Assembly (NCBI GenBank): GCA_009379925.1
Contig: WHSU01000014.1
Location: forward strand, 18,611-82,610
From: Dehalococcoidia bacterium
GTDB lineage: Bacteria > Chloroflexota > Dehalococcoidia > UBA2979
DNA: 64,000 nucleotides
Reading direction: 5' to 3'
Shown: positions 17,077 to 25,755 of the stretch, one piece after another
Layout: every line of letters begins with the position of its first letter
Position numbering within the stretch: position 1 is the first letter of the stretch
Made by a program: the position numbers and the translations under genes
Notes under the pieces: model-generated
Seen by the model: only the letters and a program-made list of their open reading frames with translations
Databases searched by the model: none
What the model was told of the DNA's origin: nothing

Positions 17077-18621
17077 GGAGTCTTCGGACTCTCGGTACGG
17101 TCGGATGGAGCTGTGCTCAAGCTTGTTGCGCGCGGCCGAGTCGCACCGGATATAGCCCTCCGCGACGAGCAGGTCGATGGCGACCTTGACCGCGTCCTTT
17201 TTCCCCCTCACGCCGGCGTAGAGGTCGCGGAGGCCGATGCCGGGCCGGTGCTCCACCGCCTCGCTCACGCGCTGCATCAGGACCGTCGGGCGGAAGGTGC
17301 GCGTCGCCTCATCGGTGCCGCTGGGCGGCTCGACGGCTACGTCGACCGTGGCACCGGCGGCGTCGGCAGTGAGCGTCAACTCGGCCGCCCAGCGGCCCGC
17401 ACTGGCGATACCGTCCACGTAGCCGGCGCGGTCCTTCGACACCTTGAGGCGTGCGACGCCCTGGCGGCCGCGTCCGAAGGCGCGGCGCGCCTCCACGATG
17501 TAGGCCACACCGGTGATGCTCGCGCGCTTGTGCTGGGCACCGAGGGCGTAGGAACCGCGCTGGTCCGGTTTTTTGGCGACGTGGTCGATGAGCAGCACGG
17601 CGGGGCCGGCTAGGGCGATGCGCTTCGGCAGCATGCGGTCGAACGTTGCGTAGTCGTGATTCGAGTTGACCTCCAGGCCGTGCAGGCCCAGCGCGTCGGT
17701 GACGCCGTCGATGACGGCGAGCGTGGGCTGCAGTTGCGCGAGCACCGCGTCCAGGTCGCGCGCCTCCACATCGCCGAGCGGATCGGACGGTCGGATGTAG
17801 CGAAATCGCTCGCGCAGCACCTCGGGCGGCACACCGAGCGCGAGCAGGCGCTCGTGCACCTGGCCGCCATTCGCCTCGAAGTCGAGGTAGAGCGCCGCGC
17901 CACCGCCGAGGAGCACCTGCGCGCATGCGGCCTGCGCCAGCCACGACTTCATGGAGCCGCTCTCGCCGTAGAGCGCGTTCACCGCGCCGGCGTACAACAG
18001 GAACTCCCCATCCTCGCGCATGAAAATGCCCGGCGGCGGGTCGCCGGTGGCGTCAAGCGCGAGGTACCGTTCGGGGTCGTGCGGCGCCCAGGAGGTAGCG
18101 ACGTCGTCGCCCTGACTGTCGGCGATGGTGTCGTCGAACAGGTCGCGGGCGGTGCGCACGACGCGCTCGATCGGGACGTCGCCGCGGAACGCAAGCTGCC
18201 GGACCTGCGTGGTGTGGGCGATGAGCTGCCGGCGAAGGGCGGCCCTCTTAACGAGATCTGCGTGGGCCAGCGCGGCCGAGGCGAAGGCGAAGTGACCGTG
18301 GTCGCTGACCAGGGCCACGAGGTACGGCTCGCCGCCGGCCGCGTCTAGTCGCCCGACCCGGTCCAATTCGTGCGCTACGGTCTGTACCGTGACCGGCTCG
18401 CCCCGGTGGCCGAGGGCGCTGCAGGCCTCGAAGATCCAGCCATTCTGTTCGCGGTAGAAGTCGAGCGGTGCCAGCACGGTGCCCCGGACGGCGGGCAGCG
18501 CCTGCTCGTCGATCATCAACGCCGCCAGCACCACCTCCTCTGCCGCGATGTCGTGCGGGACGAGGGTGATCGGCTCGGCGGGGGTCCGCCCGTTCCGGCC
18601 GACAGAGCGCGGCGCCGCCAT
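17077..18621 (-). CDS. replication protein: DnaB-helicase N-terminal domain + RecA-like AAA_25 ATPase + C-terminal wHTH
   Basis: PHDIAAEEVVLAALMIDEQALP...FYREQNGWIFEAC...VAHELDRVGRLDAAGGEPYLVAL is DnaB-N-like. LLYAGAVNALYGESGSMKSWLAQAACAQVLLGGG...VLLIDHVAK is AAA_25-like. The start at 18621 overlaps the upstream stop (TAATG). The lower bound is approximate because no stop codon occurs before 16507: the frame stays open through the iterons into the TerS-like gene. Confidence 0.65.
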
Positions 18622-18854
18622 TAGGCCGCCCACCACGGGATTTCCCGGCGACGCTCAGCGCGTCGGGCATCGGCGGCCATCGCCCGACGACGACGTTCAG
18701 CGTCGCGCTCGTCACGAGGCCGATACGGGAGCGACGCCCAGCCGCACAAACAGGTGCGCTTCGCGAGGCCTGACGGGTGCCTCCAGGAAGTCGTAGCGCA
18801 GCCGCACCGCGGGCACGCCGGCGGGGCGGCTGCGGGGCCACGGCTACCCCACAC
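18621..18854 (-). CDS. possible small Zn-ribbon protein (77 aa)
   Basis: CPRCGC...CLCGW cysteine pairs, and the stop TAA overlaps the Rep ATG (TAATG). The composition is Arg/Ala-rich, so confidence is low. Confidence 0.3.
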   Translation of the reverse strand: MWGSRGPAAAPPACPRCGCATTSWRHPSGLAKRTCLCGWASLPYRPRDERDAERRRRAMAADARRAERRREIPWWAA

Positions 18855-18918
18855 CCCCCGCCGGCCCCGCCCGGACGGGGGGGTGTGCCCACGTCCCCCG
18901 TCCGGGTTGCGGTGGCGG

Positions 18919-19164
18919 TCAAGCGACGCTCGCGGTCTCGCGCGCGGCCAGCCACCGGTCGAGGGTCTCGACCCTCACAAGGCGCCGCCGGCCGATCAGC
19001 AGCGACGGCAACTCGCCGCTGAGGACATACGGATACAAGAAGGCCCGCGAAACACCCGCCCGCTCCGCCGCCTCCTCGACCGACAGAGCGAGCCGCGCGT
19101 CGTCGTGCTCGCTCAGGAACTCCCTGATGGCGTCGGTCGCCAGCTTCCGCAGTTCATCGTCCAT
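18919..19164 (-). CDS. excisionase-family / MerR-like HTH DNA-binding protein (81 aa)
   Basis: MDDELRKLATDAIREFL...LSVEEAAERAGVSRAFLYPYVLSGELPSLLIGRRRLVRVETLDRWL is the classic Xis/AlpA-type HTH_17 pattern. It is divergent from the integrase operon. Confidence 0.75.
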   Translation of the reverse strand: MDDELRKLATDAIREFLSEHDDARLALSVEEAAERAGVSRAFLYPYVLSGELPSLLIGRRRLVRVETLDRWLAARETASVA

Positions 19165-19277
19165 CGCCACCACCTCGCGTCCGTTGTCGTCCGCCTTCGT
19201 TGTAGGTAGACTAGCGGCGTAGTTACCCGCCATACGGCGGCAAAACCCGGCCGTCCGGCGAACTTGTAGGGATATCC

Positions 19278-19931
19278 ATGCCATCGGAAACGTCGCCTTG
19301 GTGGCAAGCAAAGGTGGCCGAGCTAACCGAGAATGCGGCGGACAACGCGCCTACGACGGACATCTATCGAAAAGTGGTGCGACTTGCCGCCGATGAGGAG
19401 GCCGCGATCCCGAACGACGAGCGCATGCGATCCCCGGCGGAACGCACCGTCCGCGATCTGGTCAAGGCGCACCGAGCGCGGTCACCCGAAGAACGGGGGC
19501 CGTTCCGGCATGTCCGCTGGCCAGAAACGTTCATTAGCGGTCTGCTGCCATGGGAAGCCGCCCGGACAGTGCTGGACGTCCTGCCTATCAACCCGGAGCG
19601 TCGGATCACTGTGGGCTGGGCACGCTGGTACTACCGACTCTGTCTCGCAGCGCCTGACGCCCCCCGCGCCGACCTGCATTGGTCGGCAACGAACATTGCG
19701 CAGTGCGAGGCGCTTGAGCTCCCAGTGGACTGGCGTGCCCTGGAGTGCTGGCTCGCTCTCTCGCCGTGGGAGGGCGAGGAAGCCGCTCAGCGCTACCACG
19801 ACGCGTGTCAGGCGCAGCGAATCGAGCGCTGGTTCCGGGGGGCGACGCGCGACATGCGACTGAACGAGTTGAGGGCGTTCGCACGTGCTTGGAACATTCC
19901 GATCCGCGAGATCAAGAAGGGCGGGGAGTGA
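19278..19931 (+). CDS. hypothetical Trp-rich protein (217 aa), first gene of the integrase operon
   Basis: The stop overlaps the integrase ATG (TGATG at 19929-19933). No family recognised. Confidence 0.5.
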   Translation: MPSETSPWWQAKVAELTENAADNAPTTDIYRKVVRLAADEEAAIPNDERMRSPAERTVRDLVKAHRARSPEERGPFRHVRWPETFISGLLPWEAARTVLDVLPINPERRITVGWARWYYRLCLAAPDAPRADLHWSATNIAQCEALELPVDWRALECWLALSPWEGEEAAQRYHDACQAQRIERWFRGATRDMRLNELRAFARAWNIPIREIKKGGE

Positions 19932-21109
19932 TGGTGGAAAAGAAGCGGCGGGCTCAGGGTGAAGGCGGGCTCTATCAGCGTGCCGACGGCAGGTGGGAGG
20001 CGACGCTACACCTCGGCTGGGGGCCGGACGGTAAGCGCCTCCGCCGTAAGGTGGTGGCGAAGACGAAGGCTGAGGCGGCTTCCCGCATCGCGCAGGTCCG
20101 GCGTGAGGTCGACGCGGGCCTGAATCCGCAGGCGGGGAAGCTCACCGTCGGCGCCTGGCTAGACACGTGGCTGCGTGACGAGGCGGCGCCTACGGTCCGC
20201 CCGCGCACGCTGGTGCAGTACCAGACGATCGTGCGCCTCCACCTCCGCCCAGCGCTCGGGCACATCAAACTACGCGCGCTGACACCTTCACAGATCCGCA
20301 AGTACGAGGCGGACAAGGTCGCCGGCGGCCTGAGCCCGCGCAGCGTGCAGAACCATCACATCGTGCTCAGGCGCGCTCTCGAGGTGGCCACGCGCTACCA
20401 ATACGTCGACCGCAACGTCGCGCGGCTCGTCTCGGCGCCGCGGGCGGAGCGTCACGAGTCACGGCCGCTCACCCGTGACGAGGCCACGCGCCTGCTCACG
20501 GCCGCGGCCGGGCACCCACTCGAGGCGCTCTTCGTGCTGGCGGCCAGCACCGGCATGCGCAGGGCGGAGGTCCTGGGCCTCACGTGGCAGCATGTCGACC
20601 TGGACGCCGGCACGGTCCGCGTCGAGAAGACGCTCGTGCGCTACGACGGCGCCTACCACCTCGACCCGCCGAAGACGGCGCAGAGCCGGCGCACCGTCGT
20701 GATCCCGGGCGGCGTGGTCGACGCGCTGCGCGCCCACCGTCAGCGGCAGACGGATGCGGCAGTCGCGGCGGAGGTCTGGGGCAACGCCTGGGGCCTCGTG
20801 TTCACGGACGCCATCGGCCGGCCGGTGTCCGAACGGCGGGTGCACTCAGAGTTCTGGGCGCTCCTCGACCGCGCGCAGGTTCGGCGGGTGCGCTTCCATG
20901 ACCTCCGCCACGGCGCCGCCACCTTCCTGCTGGCCCAGGGCGTCCCGATGAAGGTCGTGCAGTCGATCCTCGGGCATGCGCAGATCGCGATCACCGCGGA
21001 CCTCTACAGCCACGTCGCCCCCGAGCTGCACCGCGACGCGGCCGACCGCATCGGCGCCCTGCTCTTCGGCGGGGCCGGCGAAGACGGCCAGAAAGTAGGC
21101 TCCCGGTAG
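19931..21109 (+). CDS. int: tyrosine recombinase / phage integrase
   Basis: MVEKKRRAQGEGGLYQRADGRWEATLHLGWGPDGKRLRRKVVAKTKAEA is an N-terminal arm/SAM-like domain. The catalytic region has TGMRRAEVLGL, VRFHDLRHGAATFLLAQG and LGHAQIAITADLYSHV (R..H-x-x-R..H..Y). Confidence 0.9.
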   Translation: MVEKKRRAQGEGGLYQRADGRWEATLHLGWGPDGKRLRRKVVAKTKAEAASRIAQVRREVDAGLNPQAGKLTVGAWLDTWLRDEAAPTVRPRTLVQYQTIVRLHLRPALGHIKLRALTPSQIRKYEADKVAGGLSPRSVQNHHIVLRRALEVATRYQYVDRNVARLVSAPRAERHESRPLTRDEATRLLTAAAGHPLEALFVLAASTGMRRAEVLGLTWQHVDLDAGTVRVEKTLVRYDGAYHLDPPKTAQSRRTVVIPGGVVDALRAHRQRQTDAAVAAEVWGNAWGLVFTDAIGRPVSERRVHSEFWALLDRAQVRRVRFHDLRHGAATFLLAQGVPMKVVQSILGHAQIAITADLYSHVAPELHRDAADRIGALLFGGAGEDGQKVGSR

Positions 21110-21116
21110 GCTCCCG
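21096..21116. repeat. tandem TAGGCTCCCG(G) motif pair (copy 3), overlaps the integrase stop codon
   Basis: taggctcccgg taggctcccg. The first 11-mer is identical to 10521-10531. Confidence 0.8.
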
Positions 21117-21150
21117 TCAGGGGTCGGGATGCCCCTGAATCCCTTGCGAA

Positions 21151-24100
21151 TTAAGAGCATCCCGACGTGCTGCCGCAGTTCATGCACTTCAGGCAGGTGC
21201 CGTTTCGCACCATCATCAGCAGGCCGCATTCGTCGCAGGGGTCGCCCTCGAAGCCCATCTGGCGTGACTCCGCGGCGTCGAGGCCAAACGAGGGTTCGAG
21301 GACAAGCGTGCTGGTTTCGGTGACGGCCGTGCGCTCGCTGATCGCGGCTGCGGGCGCGGCCGCGACGGGGGCAGGAGTTGGCGTCGGGCCCGCGGCGACC
21401 GGCGCCGGGGCGGGCGCTGCCGAGGGGGCGGCGGGCGCCGCGACTGGCTGAGAGGCGACGGCCTCCGCCGCCACCAGCGCCTCAGCGCGCTCGGTGTCCT
21501 CGTCGGCCGGGTCGGTGGCCAGGGAGATCGGGCCGACGTGCGCCAGGTCGTCGCGGCCGAGGTAGGAGACGGCCAGCTCCCGGAAGATGTAGTCGATGAT
21601 CGAGCTGGAGAACTGGATGCGGCCGTGCCCGGTCACGATCCCCATGGGCTCGAACTTCCGGAAGATAAACGTGTCCACGAACTTCTCGAGCGGCACGCCA
21701 TGCTGCAGGCCCAGCGAGATCGCGATGGCGAAGCAGTTCATGAGGCTGCTGAAGGCCGCGCCGTCCTTCGCAGTGGAGACGAAGATCTCGCCCAGGCGGG
21801 GTCGGCCGGTCTTCGAGTCCACCTCGTCGAAATCACCCGTGTGCAGGTAGATGGTGTGGCCGCCCACCTTCGCCTTCTGGGAGTAGCCGCGCCGCCGTGA
21901 CGGCATCGGCTCCTCCTGGCCGCGCCGCAGTCCGGCGACGATGCGCTGGGCCTCGGCGATGACCGCGTCCTCGACGGCCGATGTCGCCGAGCCCTGTTCC
22001 TCTTCGTCCTCGTCGTCGTACGCGTCGAAGACCTCGAAGGCGGAGGCGGCGAGGGGCTGCGACAGCTTGGAGCCATCGCGGTAGAGGGCGAGGGCCTTCA
22101 CCATGCTTTCGGCGGCCGCCATGTAGACGTCCTTCACGTCCTGGACGGTCGCCTCCTGCGGCATGTTGATCGTCTTGGAGATGGCGCCGCTGATGAACGG
22201 CTGCGCCGCCGCCAGGATGCGCACGTGGGCCATCGCGGCGATGAAGCGCGTGCCGTAGCGCCCGCACTTGTTCGCGCAGTCGAAGACGGCGTAGTGCTCC
22301 TCGCGGAGGTGTGGGGCGCCCTCGATGGTCATGCGACCCATGATGTGGTCGTTGGCAGCGTCCGCCTGCTCGGCCGTGAAGCCGAGTGCCTCCAGCATGC
22401 TGAACTGCGGGTCGGACAGCTGCTCGTCGGTGAGGCCGAGACGGTCGCGGCAGAAGTCGTCGCCCAGCTGCCAGCGGTTGAACACGAACGACAGGTGGAA
22501 GGCGCTGGGCAGCGCGCGCTCGAGGGCGTCGAGCACCGGCTGCGTGAAGCCGCGCTCCGCCAGCGTGTTGCGGTTGATGTACGGCGCGCCCTCGAAGGTC
22601 TGAGTGCCGGCGCAGTACTCGACGATGGCGCGGCTCTGCTCGCGGGTGTAACCCAGGCCCTTGAGCGCTGGCGGCACGGACTGGTTGATGATGCGGAAGT
22701 AGCCGCCGCCCGCGAGCTTCTTGAACTTCACCAGCGCAAAGTCGGGCTCGACCCCGGTGGTGTCGCAGTCCATCAGCAGCCCGATGGTGCCCGTGGGAGC
22801 GATCAGGGTCGCCTGCGCGTTGCGGTAGCCGTGCTGCTCGCCCAGCGAGAGCGCGCGGTCCCAGGCACGCTTCGCGGCTTGCAGCAACGGCGTCGGGCAG
22901 AGGTCCTGCCGGATCGCCTTCGGGATCACCGTCAGCGCCTCGTACTGTTCGCGCGGGGCGTCGTAGGCGGCGCGGCGGTGGTTCCGCATCACGCGCAGCA
23001 TGGCGTCGCGGTTCTCCTCGAAGCGCGGGAAGGCGCCGAGCTGCTCCGCCATCTCCGCGGAGGTGGCGTACGAGACGCCGGTGAGCAGGGCCGTGAGCCC
23101 GCCGGTCCAGGCGAGCGCCTCGGGCGAGTCGTAGGGGATGCCCTGGAGCATGAGTAGCGCGCCGAGGTTGGCGTAGCCGAGGCCGAGCGTGCGGTAGTCG
23201 TATGAGAGCTGTGCGATCTCGCGGCTGGGGAACTGCGCCATCAGCACGGAGATCTCGAGCACGACCGTCCACAGCCGAGTGGCGTGCTCGTAACCCTCCA
23301 GGTCGAACGCGCCGGTCTCCAGGTCGGTGAAGGCGAGCAAGTTCAGCGACGCCAGGTTGCAGGCGGTGTCGTCCAGGAACATGTACTCGCTGCAGGGGTT
23401 GGAGCCATTGATGCGCCCGCCGGCGGGGGCGGTGTGCCATTCGTTGATCGTGGTGTCGTACTGCAGGCCCGGGTCCGCGCACTGCCAGGCCGCGCGGCCC
23501 ATGCGGTCCCACAGGTCCCGGGCACGCACGGTCTTCGCGATCGCGCCGTCGGTGCGGCGCGTGAGGTGCCACTGGCGGTCGTGGTTGACCGCGTCCAGGA
23601 AGTCCGCCGTGACGCGGACGGAGTTGTTCGAGTTCTGGCCGGAGATGGTCTGGTACGCCTCGCCCTGCCAGTCGGTGTCGAACTGGCGGAAGTCGAGCAC
23701 GGGCTCGCCCTGCTGGGCGAGCTGAAGCACTCGCTGGATGTACACCTCGGAGACGCCATCGCGGCGGGCGCGGTTCACCGCCTTGCGGAGCGCGCGGTTG
23801 TCGCGCGGGTCCAGGCCGTCCTGGGCCGCCTCGAAGACCGCCGCCAGGTGACGTCGCGTGACCCGCGAGCCGGTCACCATCGTGGCGACCTTCTGTTCTT
23901 CGGCGGCCTTCCAGTCGATGAAGGTCTCGATGTCGGGATGGTCGGCGTTCAGGATCACCATCTTCGCCGCGCGGCGCGTGGTGCCGCCGGACTTGATCGC
24001 GCCTGCCGCTCGGTCGCCGATCTTGAGGAACGACATCAACCCGGATGACTTGCCGCCTCCGGACAGCGGCTCGTTCTCGCCTCGGATCTCGGAGAAGTTG

Positions 24101-24777
24101 GAGCCGGTGCCGGAGCCATACTTGAAGATGCGCGCCTCGCGCGTCCAGAGGTCCATGATGCCACCCTCGTTCACGAGGTCGTCGCTCACAGACTGGATGA
24201 AGCAGGCGTGCGGCTGGGGGCGCTCGTAGGCGCTGCCCGACCGGCGCAGTTCGCCGGTGGCGGGGTCGACATAGGAGTGGCCCTGGGCGGGGCCCTCGAT
24301 GCCGTACGCCCAGTGCAGACCGGTGTTGAACCACTGCGGCGAGTTCGGCGCGGCGCGCTGGGTCGCCAGCATGAAGCAGAGTTCGTCGTAGAACGCGCGC
24401 GCGTCGTCCTCGGTGTCGAAGTGGCCGTGCGTCCAGCCCCAGTACGTCCACGTGCCCGCGAGCCGGTGGAAGGCCTGTCGCGCGTCCGTCTCGCCGCCTC
24501 GAGGGGCGTCCGCGGAAGCAGCCTCCGAGCGCTGCAGCCACTCGGGCACGCCGTCTTCCTCGATGCGGCGGCGCGCCTCCGGGACGCCGGCCTTGCGGAA
24601 GTACTTCTGCGCCAGGATGTCCGTGGCGACCTGCGAGAAACCGGCGGGGACCTGGAGGTCGGTGGCCTCGAAGACGATCGAGCCGTCCGGATTGACGATG
24701 CGCGACGCCCGCGACTCGAAGGTGACACCCGCGTAGGGGTCCTGTCCGGCGGTGGTGAAGCGGCGTGTGATGCGCAT
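21151..24777 (-). CDS. nrdJ: adenosylcobalamin-dependent ribonucleoside-diphosphate/triphosphate reductase, class II
   Basis: 1208 aa. MRITRRFTTAGQDPYAGVTFESR..., catalytic GSNPCSEYMFLDDTACNLASLNL, TTGVEPDFALVKFKKLAGGGYF, an Ala/Pro-rich linker, and a C-terminal CDECG...CLKCMNCGSTSGC zinc ribbon. Confidence 0.95.
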   Translation of the reverse strand: MRITRRFTTAGQDPYAGVTFESRASRIVNPDGSIVFEATDLQVPAGFSQVATDILAQKYFRKAGVPEARRRIEEDGVPEWLQRSEAASADAPRGGETDARQAFHRLAGTWTYWGWTHGHFDTEDDARAFYDELCFMLATQRAAPNSPQWFNTGLHWAYGIEGPAQGHSYVDPATGELRRSGSAYERPQPHACFIQSVSDDLVNEGGIMDLWTREARIFKYGSGTGSNFSEIRGENEPLSGGGKSSGLMSFLKIGDRAAGAIKSGGTTRRAAKMVILNADHPDIETFIDWKAAEEQKVATMVTGSRVTRRHLAAVFEAAQDGLDPRDNRALRKAVNRARRDGVSEVYIQRVLQLAQQGEPVLDFRQFDTDWQGEAYQTISGQNSNNSVRVTADFLDAVNHDRQWHLTRRTDGAIAKTVRARDLWDRMGRAAWQCADPGLQYDTTINEWHTAPAGGRINGSNPCSEYMFLDDTACNLASLNLLAFTDLETGAFDLEGYEHATRLWTVVLEISVLMAQFPSREIAQLSYDYRTLGLGYANLGALLMLQGIPYDSPEALAWTGGLTALLTGVSYATSAEMAEQLGAFPRFEENRDAMLRVMRNHRRAAYDAPREQYEALTVIPKAIRQDLCPTPLLQAAKRAWDRALSLGEQHGYRNAQATLIAPTGTIGLLMDCDTTGVEPDFALVKFKKLAGGGYFRIINQSVPPALKGLGYTREQSRAIVEYCAGTQTFEGAPYINRNTLAERGFTQPVLDALERALPSAFHLSFVFNRWQLGDDFCRDRLGLTDEQLSDPQFSMLEALGFTAEQADAANDHIMGRMTIEGAPHLREEHYAVFDCANKCGRYGTRFIAAMAHVRILAAAQPFISGAISKTINMPQEATVQDVKDVYMAAAESMVKALALYRDGSKLSQPLAASAFEVFDAYDDEDEEEQGSATSAVEDAVIAEAQRIVAGLRRGQEEPMPSRRRGYSQKAKVGGHTIYLHTGDFDEVDSKTGRPRLGEIFVSTAKDGAAFSSLMNCFAIAISLGLQHGVPLEKFVDTFIFRKFEPMGIVTGHGRIQFSSSIIDYIFRELAVSYLGRDDLAHVGPISLATDPADEDTERAEALVAAEAVASQPVAAPAAPSAAPAPAPVAAGPTPTPAPVAAAPAAAISERTAVTETSTLVLEPSFGLDAAESRQMGFEGDPCDECGLLMMVRNGTCLKCMNCGSTSGCS

Positions 24778-25329
24778 GGGAGCTGCTCCTGTAGAACGCT
24801 TGGAGCCGCCGCCTACTAGCCCTAGTGCCGGACTATCAACGAGACCCCAGGTGTTGGGCTTTAGTGATTACCCGCTTTAGCGTTTAATCTTCACGGGAGC
24901 CGAATCATCCATCCGCAAGCACGGCGTGTCAAGATCACGTTTGACGGATCGAGCGAATTAGCAGATTCTGAAGAACGAATGTACGAGGGGAGTCGGATGG
25001 ATCAGCTACTGAATTGCCCGGTGGAACGAGCGGTTGCTAAAGGAGTCACGCAGCAGCACCACGAGTGGATTGTCCTGGCCGCGAGTGCCAGTGCGTCGCC
25101 GACCAGCGAGGACCTCCGGTTCGCATGCCGATTCTGCCTCTGCACTGCGACCAAAAGTGACGCTGCACGGTTCCTGGAGGCGGCAACGAACGGCTCGAAA
25201 GCGCCGACACAACGTCCGGCCATTCGGAACCTCTCAGGCAGGCCTGTGGCGAAATCGATGACCTGAACCCACCAACGCGTTCAGCGCTCAGCCCGCCACG
25301 AACGCTATCGGGCCGCTCGGTTGCGAACG

Positions 25330-25755
25330 TTAGTCGCCTGAGCCCGGTAGCAACTCGAGCGCGTCGACGTGACGCGGGCGAAGGAGCCGGAAGTGCCGGT
25401 GGTCGAGGGTCGCCAGCTTGGGCTCGTTCAGCCGCTCGACGACCGCGAGGACCGAGGCGTCCACGAAGCCGATATTGGAGTCCGCATAGCGGTCGAGGAG
25501 ACCACGGATACGGTCGTAATCCCCGATCTCAAGTGGTTCCACCTCGTACGCGCCCGTGCGGATGTCATCGAGGAACGCGATGAATGCGCCGACGTTCAAG
25601 CGTGAGTACGTCATTTGGTCGACCTCGACCAGGACGGGCGCTGGGATCACTAGCGGCTCGCGGCTGTCTTCAATCAGGCGCCGACAAGCGAGATGATCCG
25701 GATCCCGACGGTCCAGAAGTGCAAACAGCGGGCCCGTGTCTAGGACGAGCGCCAC
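25330..25755 (-). CDS. vapC: type II toxin VapC (PIN domain)
   Basis: MALVLDTGPLFALLDRRD...PVLVEVDQM...IGFVDASVLAVVERL...LATLDHRHF carries the PIN acidic residues. Confidence 0.85.
   Translation of the reverse strand: MALVLDTGPLFALLDRRDPDHLACRRLIEDSREPLVIPAPVLVEVDQMTYSRLNVGAFIAFLDDIRTGAYEVEPLEIGDYDRIRGLLDRYADSNIGFVDASVLAVVERLNEPKLATLDHRHFRLLRPRHVDALELLPGSGD

Larger units (their letters stand above)
10440..21150. mobile_element. integrase-bearing ~10.6 kb integrated element lacking virion structural genes (candidate phage satellite / PICI-like island, or prophage remnant)
   Basis: Contains a tyrosine integrase, Xis-like HTH, DnaB-N/AAA_25 Rep, iterons, TerS-like gene, TerL, two HTH regulators, an operator cluster and a lower-GC cargo. 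TAGGCTCCCGG 11-mers occur at 10521 and 21096. The left junction is AT-richer and the right end lies 40 bp from the nrdJ stop. Boundaries are approximate. Confidence 0.55.

Noticed and set aside
10511-21153. GAATCC...GAATTA similarity between 10511-10522, 21137-21153 and 7641-7655 as att cores
   Set aside because: The matches are short and gapped (6+6 nt), and their order relative to the GGCTCCC motif differs between the ends. They are mentioned in findings only as a weak observation.
21833-24541. 902-aa ORF (and 22225..23157, 23284..24048, etc.) overlapping nrdJ in other frames or on the other strand
   Set aside because: Arg/Pro/Gly-rich low-complexity translations with no motifs. These are typical shadow ORFs of a high-GC gene, and the nrdJ frame carries all the family signatures.
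24894-24902. Extra copies of the 9-mer GGCTCCCGG/CCGGGAGCC at 24894 and 35889, outside the element
   Set aside because: For this base composition I estimate a few chance hits for a 9-mer in 128 kb of both strands. Only the 11-mers and tandem 20/21-mers inside the element are treated as meaningful.
24979-25266. 95-aa plus-strand ORF in the nrdJ upstream region
   Set aside because: It has no SD, no recognisable motif and mixed composition, and it lies in what is more likely a leader or promoter region.
25000-25330. Cobalamin-riboswitch-like fragments (GAAUCGGCAUGCGAACCGGAG, GCACUGG, GGCCAGGAC) on the nrdJ strand
   Set aside because: The core elements (GGGAA...GGUG, GCCACUG, AGCCAGGAGACCUGCC) are not matched in order or sequence, and a B12-off switch on a B12-dependent RNR is not expected. 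This is left only as a suggestion for an Rfam scan.
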